Origin: Phoronis australis
Taxonomy: Eukaryota > Animalia > Phoronida
Reading direction: 5' to 3'
NCBI GenBank assembly: GCA_002633005.1
Contig: NMRA01000123.1
Span: 47,666-111,665, forward strand
Length of the DNA stretch: 64,000 nucleotides
How positions within the stretch are numbered: the first letter of the stretch is position 1; each line of letters starts with the position of its first letter. A program made the translations under genes and the position numbers. The notes under the pieces are model-generated. The model was not told where the DNA came from, searched no databases, and worked only from the letters and a program-made list of their open reading frames with translations. Positions 26,901 through 38,900 of this stretch are shown here, piece by piece.

Positions 26901-29900
26901 CACCCTCCCCCTTCAATTCACTTTACATCATACTTACCCATCACCCTCTCCCTTCAATTCACTTTCTGCTCCATATCCGCTTGCCTGTAGTATGTCGGCG
27001 ATGCCGCAGTTAGCGCCCTGCGAGGGGTCTACTGGCTCATGCTTTCTGCCGACGGCTTTCTCTGGCGACGAGAATGCACTGTCACTGAGTGTGGTGTTGA
27101 GGCTCGACTCGTAAGAACTCTCTGGATCAGGGACGCCTTTACCACCGACTGTAGGGAGAGACCACATACCATGGTTTACAATCAGTTTCCGCCATCTTCG
27201 ACAGCCACCAAGACCAGTAAAACTGTTTCAATACTGACATCATTTGAGTAAACGTTCAAGTTCATGTGGTGCAACAAGTCAATTTTGAGTTGAGTCTGGA
27301 GCAAAGGCTGATGAACTCTGACCCATATCACACCTTAAATGTCTTTAAACAGTATTTATAAGATAAAAGGCACACCGGTGTATACCAGCCTAAAGATACT
27401 GGGCATGTTATACAGGTGAAACAAAGAGACCAGTCAGTAGGTCACAACTGTGCCTTTTACTTAATAGGACTATTACCTTGGAACATCAAGTTTCACAAGA
27501 TGAAATTTCCAATCTTTTATTTAATTTTGTGACCATCACAAAAATAGAGTTAACACTTCTCATTTTCCGTGGTTATGTTGTGGTCAGAATGGAACTCATA
27601 TGTGATAGTTTTGGCTTAATAAACCACTTCATTTTTAATTGATCTAACTTTTGATAGTTGATCCATTTTGACCTGCTGATGGAGAACTCAACATGACTGT
27701 AAAAGACAAATTAGTTTAAATTCTATCATTCAGTTAATCAACATGGGTCACTCCACGTTTGGCGCTAGTGCAGCAACAGTATCACCCATGTATTAAAACT
27801 TTTAATTAAACTCAGCTCCCATGGTGTTTCATTCGTAAAATACGTTAAACACCAGTGTTTGGAAATTCCCATCGGTGCTACAAACTGGCCCCAAAACACA
27901 ACTTACACGACAGCTTCAACTTCAATGATCCAGGTTTTGCGGTTGATTGTGACCCACTGCGCCCTTTACCTTTGACCGGGTTTTCATCGACGACTAAATG
28001 TTCAGGGTCTGAGTCATCAGAGTCGTCATGACGGACTTGTGATGAGGCACCACTGAAAGAACGGCCACAGTCAGTCAACAGTGTTTTACTACATTTTGTA
28101 GTTTCAAAATACTAAGAACATGTTTAATGCGAATGTGGCTATATAAAGTACAGTATTAGTAGTTTACAAAAAAGTTGTTAAATACCATGAAAATTCCACT
28201 AGATTCACCATAGAAGGAAATCAGATGAAAAACACTGCTTCGAAATTTTGCTGATTGTCCCAAATTCTATAAATAGCAAATATTGGTGGTCTCAAATTCA
28301 AGAATCACCAGAAAGACCGCAAAATTACCCTCCCTGCACATTGAAAACATGTCGTTTGAAATATGGTGAATGCCAAAAGCACCCTTGTTCTAAACTCCAG
28401 AATGAAGAAAAATAAAATTTTGGTATCCCAAATTCTAGAGACTGTCCCTAATTGGAGAATTTTAAAAGTAGCATTTTTTAGAGCTCTGTCCCCAGAAGAA
28501 GCGTCTGGTCACAATGACTACAAATAAAATATGACAGCACTGCAGATATTTCAACGCAGGAAAAGTTCAAGCTCAGTCCAAAAAATCACTGAACAGGTAT
28601 AAAGTACATAAAAAATTGGCAGAACTTGGCAGAATATCGCCAAAATCTATCTTCACCAGGAAATTTTGAAAACTGCTGCTGTTGACAGTTATTAGGTTGA
28701 CCCAAAAAAATTCACAAAGAACCTGAAGATATCTATTCATTTCTTCCATTACGCAATTTCTCCTCATTTTTAAACTCATTGACATAAGTTACAGAAAAGC
28801 GGCTAACATGCAACAGCACCAACTACCATGCTGCCATCTACAAACAGACCTGATTATCTTCCCATTGGCCAACTTCAGCCTCAGGCTGGAGGGGGACGGC
28901 TGGGAGTTCTCACTGAAGGCAGTGCCCTTGGGTATGCGCACCTTAAGTGAGAATGGACTGTCGGGCGGAGATTCTTTGGCCAACCTTTCGGCTTCTTTGT
29001 GTTCTTCTTTGACCTTTTGTAGCCCCTCCTAGTCGAGATTGGAGGAGTCATGAGTTACATTCTCTAATTGGTTGATAACGCATAATCCCAACTTAAACAC
29101 AACAAACATCAACAATAATGAACATAGACTAGACTGGGAATTACAAGAAGTGACATCATTACATGAAGTGACCCCATTACAGGAAGTGACATCATTACAT
29201 GAAGTGACCCCATAACAGGAAGTGACAACATTACATGAAGTGAGCCCATTACATGAAGTGACGTCACTACATGAAATAACATATGGAGGACACAAACCAG
29301 TAAATGAGACAATAAGTAATCCGAAGGCCAATGAGGAAAAAACCTTTGGCATATAATTTGTGATCCTACGTCCACTTTCAATGTTCATAGAGAACGAGAA
29401 TTCCTTTTAAATTAATTCTCTCTTGATCAAATATAGAGAAGGTAAGTTTTGAAAACATCGTATATAAAGCGAAGGCCAAGTGGTCTTCAGTTCTGAAGCT
29501 TTAAGACAAAGTGCAAAGTAAACCTTCGTATGTTGGTCCAAAATGTCGATGCTTGATTGTTTGGTATTTCTTTTCTTCTTTTTCTTTTCAGCCTTGGGTT
29601 TTGCATTAGGCTTCTGGAAGACAGTGAAGAATTAACAATGTAGTGGTAGACAACCCAGATGAAGGGAGTGTAATTAATCTTCGCATCCCCTGGGCTCAAT
29701 GAGAACATCAAGAAATGATTCATCCAAGAAAGGTGGTTGAAACTGCAAGATGTTCAAACATATCAAGTTTTTGAACTTGTTTCGGATTTTGGAAAGTGCA
29801 ACTACTGCAAGAAGGAATGCAAACTTAAAGTAAAAAAAAGGTGAACTACTCAACAAACACCTGTTCACAGTACACTTCATTGGAGATTTGTTTATAGAAA

Positions 29901-32900
29901 TCACACGAATGCAAAATGGCGAAACCCACAACCGAGTTTATTTCAGAATTGTTAATTTAAAGTAACACATTTAACAGACACGAGGCAAAAATTTGGAGAT
30001 ACGCGTCCGCGCTTAAGCATTCCCAACATTTTTGCTTCAAATTACCAGTGAGCAATAGTTTTCTATTACACCCGTAAGAGATGACTGTATTTTGGAGGGT
30101 GTGATAAGGGTCGCTTATATCAAAACATTTCTACGGGAAAACGCTTTCCTGCACATTGTGACTAGAGTGAACACAGGTTACAGCTCGTTACTCTATATGG
30201 TCATCGTAGCACACAAAATGTACAAAAGCAATTGTGACCATCCTAGCACACTGCCCACATAAATAGAGATCGAATATTCTACAACTGTAAATTGCCGTAA
30301 ATGAATGTAGTTTAAGTGATGACACATTGTTATACGGAAGATGACTGTAAACAAACTAGTGTGGTCATAGACGAGTGAAGGACCTTGGTATGTTAAATGC
30401 AAAACATTGACACATAGAAACAAAAATAAAACAAAAATACACTGAGCATTATTAGCAGGGCACTTAAATTAAGAACTTAATTTTCAAAATAACCCAAAAG
30501 TGATACCACTCCAAAGAGTGAAAAAATACAAACATTTCGGTACTAATTTCATCAAATATCGACCCAACGGCTTGCACGGTCCATAACACTCAGTACCGCG
30601 CAACAAAATGGTCGTCTTGCTATACGTATACACAGTCACGTGATAGCAAATCTCTATCTCAATATCTATGGCCGTACACACTCAACAAATAATGAGTTCC
30701 GTTATTATTTTCGTCTTTCTTTTCAAGACCAATTCTGAATCACTTACCTCGATATGCTTGATTTCTTTATTCAACTCTTTCACTAGCTTTCCAAACAGCA
30801 GACCTTCAGGTATGCTCTCCTTATGTGACTTTGGAATCTTGAAAATACGAGTTTTTACACATGAACTACAACGGGCCAGTTATCAACATCTGAGTGGGAG
30901 ATATTTATTTAATCAAGGGGGTACACTTGATGTCAAGCCAGTCATTGAGCATATTACCTGTGGTGATGGGTGATGACAGAACAGCAATGAAATTTTCTAA
31001 AGACCAAGCCATAATTGGCTTTAACTGATGAACCATGGAACCTGCCATTTAATTATTTTTGCACATCCATTGGTGTATAACAATTTATAAACACAGTCAG
31101 AGTAAAAATTAATATACGAACTGGGTGTCATATAACATAAAGAAGTCTGTTCTCAGTATAGTGGCGAAGTTACAGGTGATGTCAGGGAGCACCGCAATTA
31201 GGGGAGGTCGGTGCAGTAGTGGCGGCAAATAAAGTACGGCATCGTGTCTTTAACCAAAGCTGCCAGTAATCCTCGCAATGCCACTTCCCCAACAGTGCTG
31301 GGACAAGGCAAACACAGCGGCAAATATTTTACGGAATCCTCTGCAACTAGTGTCAGGTGAGGTCTTACCCGTCCCGTAAGGTCTTACCTGTCCGGTAAGG
31401 TCTTACCTGTCCGTCCTTCTTCTGAGACCAGTTCTTGAGGTGAGTAGCTAAAGCTTTAGCACCAGCTACATAGCAACCAAGTGGCTTTTTACCCTCCTCG
31501 GAATGGTCTGTGGAGCAGACGTTGAAATATAAGAGATCAAGGGTAGGACTGCCAGCAAACTGCAGAGTGTAACACTTGTATTAGTTCGATACAACCTGAC
31601 TGAGAGACCTTAATCGAGGAAGGCAAGTGCGTCCCGGAAACGTACCATGAAAATGCCAAAAGCACCCGTCAGTTATGATTGAAAGCTAGGGCCCCTATGG
31701 TATCTTAGATATACCTGTGACTTCACCATCTCTTCTAGTTATTCTTCAGGTGAATATTTTTATGTACAAATAAATCTGTGCACTAAGTTGATTAAGCAGA
31801 AGACAGGGTTCTCAGTGTTTACCTTTCAGCTTTTATATCTGTGAAAATAATTGACAAGTCTACGAGTTTAATGATACATGTAGTTGCCAAATCACAGTAA
31901 ATCATATTCGTGGCACATTTAAAACAAATCATAACAAAATAAATGGTTACCCTTCAATGTTTCCAAGATGAGTTTGGCCGCGTACCAGTGCATAGTTTCA
32001 AAATTTGGATATAAATATTTTTCAGGAGTTTTCACACGTCGCTCGATGTCATACACCCTGAAATGAAGAATACGAATGATACATGACACATCATACACTC
32101 CGAATATCTACAGATTAAACACAATTCATCATACACCGTGAAACAGAGAGCATCAACAATACACGATGCATCATAGACTCTGAAACAGAGAATGACAACT
32201 TCAACTGATGGCAATGCATTCTGGGATAGCTGGGCACAGAAACAGCAGCCATTTTGTCTCCTGTTGCAGCCTGCAGCACATTGGCTGATTACTCATCGTC
32301 AATAACGACAACCAGTGTGAGGCAGCAATACTGTGCACACCTAGCATGTTATATTGAAACATGTCTTGGTATCTCTTATTGAGCATTGTACCGCAATACC
32401 AGACGTTTGCTGCTATGAACTTGTCATGTTGTGTGCTATGCCAAATTTTGACTAATATTTGGTCAGCAACAATATATTACGACTTTGCTCATGACAAAAA
32501 GTGGCAGATGTGCATGCTGTAGACACGCCTTTGACTGCTGACACGAAGCTCAAACCGTTGTTAAATATCTGTGACATCACAGTGTCAAGTAGTTGTTATA
32601 AAGTCCTTAACTTTTATCATAGAACTCTTCATACAAAGTTAGTGTAGACATGTGGACATGTACTCTACATGTCTAATTACAACTCCTTCACAAACACACA
32701 GTAGCGCCCTCTCTAACAGTATTCTTTCTTCACTTGGGGACAGGATATGACATCGCTGCACTGAGGTTGCCTGGGAGATTCCACCATTTTGGTTCAAACT
32801 CTTGCCACTTTCCTATATTATATTAGGTCAAATGCAACTACAACATCAGCTAAACACAGTCTAAGTCAATAAGTGGTTAATACACAATGGCTCACAGATG

Positions 32901-35900
32901 CTGAGGCAAGAAGTTCAGAGTTTTAAAAATACTGTTGAATTTTGTTGGTTCGAAGAAATGTATTTAACAGGTGACTGTCATATCGTTCGTCTCCAATTTG
33001 GAGTAGTTGCTAGGGGTGTAACACTACCTCCCTATTCTTTAATAATGACATGTACTTCTGAATGTATACTGTGTATTTCCTTTCTTTGGAACAATTTTTT
33101 TCCCAAGAATCACAATTACTTTGAGATGCATCATGCAAGCATGAGCTAAGCGTGGTTCACGAAGAATGATGATTGGCTAATCTGAAGAGTCCATTTTTCT
33201 ACTTACTGTAGCTGCAGTGGGATATTCAGGTTGTGCAGGAAGTTGCCACCAAACACGAGCGAGTCAACAGGTGTCAGCACTGCATGGATCCAGCCAGTGG
33301 GGATAAACAGTGTCTGTCCAGCCGAGATGACCATGCGGAAGCACGTGTCAGCCTGGTCACCAAAGAACGTCTGACCCTGCGACGACGAGGACACCCAGTG
33401 TTCGTACAAAGTCAGATTGACATTTGTCGGCCGGATCAGATAGAACACCTTCTCACCCTGCAAACGTAAAGCTGATTGTAACACTATGGATAATCAAAGT
33501 AATGAAACAAAGAAACTGAAAGAATACCCATTTCCCGCTAAAGTTGGCGACACGATGAAATGCCTCTTGCCACTAGATGTCGATGAAATGAACAGAGTAC
33601 AGCAATCTGGTTCCTTATATGGGTATTTAATGCAGTAGGAGTTGATAGCGTTCTTTCTTGTAATTCCTTGCAATCATCATGCCCACAAATAATCACTGTC
33701 GTGCAGTGGTGCATTGAAACATTCCCATAAAAATTCCAGTTTCAAAATATTTGAGAACGAAAAAAATCGCTATTCTTACATGTCAAGTGGACCAATCCTG
33801 TACGCAAGAATCAGAAATTGGCTGAGGTGAAAGACATTTTTGTGCTCTCGCAATACTATAAAGTTTTATGTAGAATATTTCTTAATGAACCGAAACCTAA
33901 ACTAAGACGAGCAATACTATAAATGAAAGCGCTTGGAGGAGTGACAATTGGTGAAATTAACTAAAAAAATTGACGGTGGAGATGACGATGACGATTATAA
34001 TGATGAATGTGCCGATTATGAACAACATTCATGACTAGCGAAGATGTCAGAAACAGTAAGAAATAGGCTATGGTCTTGTTCAATAGAAGCTAAACCAACA
34101 TCAATGCAGCAAGAGCGCTCAACAAAGGAACAGCACTATCAGAAAATCTTGAATACCAGTTTTTCAAAAAGTAGATGTCCTACCGAGAAATGGAGAATAT
34201 CTTCTGAAAGCCCGTTCAAAACTGTCTAACATACTAGCTTCACAAAATTCCGTAAATTTTTCAAAAAATTGAAATTTTGGTGTTTTTTGAAATTCAAAGT
34301 CAAATAACTAGAAAACAGTAAGTCTGAGAAATTGTTAGAGGCCATTTGAAAGGGTATACTATAGAGAATGCACATGCAAAAATTCACGTTATTTTCTCTT
34401 CCCGTTTAAAAAAACACCCCAGCACCACTGAAAATGGGTCAAAATGCACCAGATCAACCATCTAAAAAAAGACTTCCGCTTTTTCAGCAACAGATAACAG
34501 TGTTTCATAGAAAACTAATACTTGAAAATTTTCGAAGCAATTGGTCATCTAATGTGCCCTCTAAAGGAGAAAACGTTAATCTAGCACAAAATCGAGGTGT
34601 GTCTGCGCAATTGCCGATATTTCCGACATCTTTGACCGGAAGTAATTGATTCTCAACACAAATGTAGAACATGTATGGTACAACATATGTGCGGAATTTC
34701 AGCCGTACACCTAAAAAATTACGGCCTCTACGAGCATTTGAATCTGAAATCAAAAACAAAATGGTCGCCATGTTTGCCATCTTGGATCCGATCATGACCA
34801 AAAACAATAGGCTTCCAGGACTTCCAGAACTTGAGGTTGCGTGTATATTTCGTGAAATCGGACGAAAAATGTGACATGTAGCGTGCGAACAAACAAAAAA
34901 ACAAACTTGATGGCAGGGCAACATACTTGTCGGAATTCGAAGAATTCTCAAAGTAATGAGGATTTGGATGTAAAACGCCACTTCAATCATTAGTTCTAAT
35001 GATTTAGAAGCCAGATACAATTTGTCTTGGTTACAGAAATTTTAAATTTATATTTTCATTCTTTTCACAATAAAAAGTTCAATTTCATTGCTCCGTGGAC
35101 TAAATTTCAAGACACATACTAATGACAATGAAGAAATGCAATCTAAATCCTATGCTCTCCATCACTTTGTACGAGATACAAGACAAACAATTTACTAAGT
35201 CAAGAATAAGGATTGTGACAAGTTTAATACATGTATGAACACATCTTTAATAGACATACACGTCACTTAAAGTAGTTGCAGGTGTCAGATCTCATCTAAG
35301 CCATGGGAACTTATTCCGATCTACTAAATCATACACCTAGTATACACCAATACTAAAATAAAGAAACAAATGCTATGTATGCCATTACTGACAATGGAAT
35401 AAAGACGCACAGGTTTGCAATTTTGCCACTATGTGATACGTACGATTACCTGCTGCTTGACCTTTGATCTAGGTCAGACAATAAATGACCCCAGTCAAAG
35501 GCAAGCAACAGTCAATCACAGTGATTGACACACGAATCACAAAGCGGTGAAAATGCAATAACGGCGCACCTATATCTGACTTCCGACACATCTGTTTTCT
35601 AGTCTAGTTGAGTATGTTGTACTCCATTCTCTACGTATAGTGTAGAAGTATGTTTTAAAAGATTGGGTAGATAAAAATAAGCTCCCATGGACTGAACAAC
35701 GATTCGTCATGCAACAGTTGACAGTATGGTACTCAATAGTCTTACCCTGAGTACATGATACCACACTGAAGTGCCACCAAAGTCCACGTGGAAGTCTGTG
35801 AAACTGTCCTTAACCCCCATCAGGCAGTATTTCTGCACCTCGGGCTTCAGGTGCTGTGTGTCCTCAGTATTGTCAGGCCAGACAGAGCTGGCCCAGCTGA

Positions 35901-38900
35901 GCCTGCGCACGATGCCAGGGGGCACCACTAGTGGACTGAGACTGAAACAGATGGTTGAAAAGCAATGGAATCTCTAGAAAGCTACTTGGTGGCTCTACAC
36001 AAAGTTTACGCTTTCACACCTTACAATAGCTTACTAGCAAAAAAGATTTTTAATTACAACTGCAAACTCTGAATTTTGACCCATGAGCCCCTTACTTGAG
36101 ACCCCCCACACACATAGCATAGTCGGGAGCCCCATGCACAACAGTCTGAGTTTTCAAGTACCTGTGCCACCCCCACATACTATAGATAGGGTTTTCAATA
36201 TCGTTCATAGTAGTTGAGACCCTAAGAAATTAAGAAACCACTCACTTTGTGTTGGAGAATTCTAGGCTGATGACGTTATAGATCTTGGTCCTGTTAGGAC
36301 TGGTGTAGTACTGCGTCCACTCCCTCATCACCATTTTATAGTCTTCCTGCTTGTCCACATCGATCACGTCTATCTCACGCATTGAACCTGCCGACACAAC
36401 AACACAGTCAAAAGTACGGTAAAAATCTCGTCAATTTAGGACACAACATGGCAGACAAGTGATATTCTGCTTTGTGAAAATTTTTCGTAAAAATGAAGAT
36501 AAAGAATATTTTAGTCTAGTACTAGCATGGTTTGTATTGTGTGTGGGATATATAAGAACACTTGGTAAAATTTACACTATTTTTAGTGGAGGTAATCAAA
36601 ATTAAAATCGAAAATGAAAAAAGGTAATTGAAAAATCGAAAAATGAAAATTGTTTTTGTGCGAAATATGTTAAATTTTGTAAAAAATAACACAACATTTC
36701 GCCACAATGAGTCATCTGAACACATCATTAGATACACTTCTCAACATTCATCAAGCAGACGTCAACTTAAGGCAGTATTTCAAAATAAGGCTCTCTCAGA
36801 TATGTTACCTTGGCGAAGGGTGATAACTAAAACATAGTTTGTGTCTGCCTTACCCACGTAATTTTCGACATCTTGTATTGCGAAGTCTGGCGAGGGCACA
36901 ATCAAATCAAGGCCATCTTTTTCTTCAACCAGTATTGGAACGTTGAACCCATTTTCAGTTAAGTATTCGACGGTGAGTTCGTGACCAGCTAATTTCAAGA
37001 TGGGAATCTCGTCACCACTGAAAAAGTTTGAAGATAAATGAAAATCTGAATAACGAGTAAGTAAAAACTTGTACANCACACCAACACAGTCAAAAGTACG
37101 GTAAAAATCTCGTCAATTTAGGACACAACATGGCAGACAAGTGATATTCTGCTTTGTGAAATTTTTTCATAAAACTGAAGATAAAGAATATTTTAGTCTA
37201 GTACTAGCATGGTTTGTATTGTGTGTGGGATATAATATAAGAACACTTGGTAAAATTTACACTATTTTTAGTGGAGGTAATCAAAATTAAAATCAAAAAT
37301 CAAAAAAGGTAATTGAAAAATCAAAAAATGAAAATTGTTTTTTGCGAAATATGTTAAATTTTGTAAACATAACACAACATTTCGCCACAATAAGTCATCT
37401 GAACACATCATTACATACACTTCTCAACATTCATCAAGCAGACGTCAACTTTAAGGCAGTATTTCAAAATAAGGTTCTCTCAGATGTTATCTTGGCGAAG
37501 GGTGATAACTAAAACATAGTTTGTGTCTACCTTACCGACGTAATTTTCGACATCTTGTATTGCGAAGTCTGGCGAGGGCACAATCAAATCAAGGCCATCT
37601 TTTTCTTCAACCAGTATTGGAACGTTGAACCCATTTTCAGTTAAGTATTCGACGGTGAGTTCGTGACCAGCTAATTTCAAGATGGGAATCTCGTCACCAC
37701 TGAAAAAGTTTGAAGATAAATGAAAATCTGAATAACGAGTAAGTAAAAACTTGTACAGAAAATGCATGGATTGGAAAAGGCATTTATACTGTAACACGTA
37801 ACATGACCGTAACTGAAGCATGTGTATCAATAGACACAGAAATATAGGAGGATCTCTCAGATTCCCCGGTATTTACCCACAATGCTGCACGGGAGGAGGG
37901 CACTAAGTACGACCACCGTCGTGGTTATTACATCAAAAACTAATTTGTCATTCGGCATTGTAGCGCCAATAAAATTTTATCCGAACCCAGCGAGCTGCGA
38001 TGTTGACATAAAAAATTGACAAGCTGGGTGGGGCAGGATAGATCACATTTTGCTCAGTCCAACACAGCTTAGAAGTGGGTAAGCAGCTTAAACCTTTGAA
38101 AACTAAGTCAACCATAAAATACTTTTTGTAACTACACAACACAGTTGAACTCATGTGGCTATTACATTTTAGATTTTAGAGTACGTACGACCATTTCAGC
38201 AAGTATGTGTATTTAGTCAAGTATCTCAATGCTGAATTCAACTTAGCAAAACTACATATTTACCAAAAATATGAATTCCATTTGATTTTTGACTTTTTAC
38301 CAATCTGCCAATAATTGGGTCGTGTGAACATGTTTTTGTTTTGGTAAAATTCAACAGGTAAGAAATGTACATTCGCAGTAAAACAACAGTATCAATAACG
38401 TGATCAAATTTTATTTGATAATAAATTTTGAAAATGAAACCTCAAAAAAGCTGTTACAGTTATCAAAAATATCATTTCAGTCTTGTTTTATGTAACTTAA
38501 AATTTTTTTTCATGAAAATCATAAAAGTCATATTTTTGATAGCAGCACTTGTAGAAAAACTATACTGCAACAATAGTATGGTTTGTGCTGAACACAGCTT
38601 TTAAATTTAGGAAATAACACTCAGTCTTTGAAAAATACAAGAAACACGGGTTCGGCGATATTATATTTGTTTAAACCAAGTGAAGAATTACCAAGGAGTA
38701 AAATAAATCATCACAAAAAGATACCCATTAAGTACTAAAAGAATTTACCTTGGAAAATGCCTGTTTTTCAACTCCTTCACAAACTGTAATGTACCAGTCT
38801 GAATAGCCTGCAAGTAGTAACGATTAAATTTTGTTGTTTGATTTACGAAAAGAAAAAAACACAACACCAAAACGACAGCGCAACAACTAAAACAGAAATA

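Noticed and set aside
29029-29388. ORFs with [12 protein letters not shown] or VMGSLH repeats
   Set aside because: Translation of the 18-bp intronic minisatellite; no splice or homology support.
34505-35020. 171-aa ORF, the longest in the track
   Set aside because: It lies within a repeat element in a KDM7 intron and has no protein-like features.
36854-37699. Two copies of KDM7 exon 5 as mutually exclusive or tandem exons
   Set aside because: The copies and their introns are near-identical, abut a single N, and encode the same peptide; including both would frameshift. The same pattern occurs at N20102 and N26322, so this is a haplotype overlap artefact.
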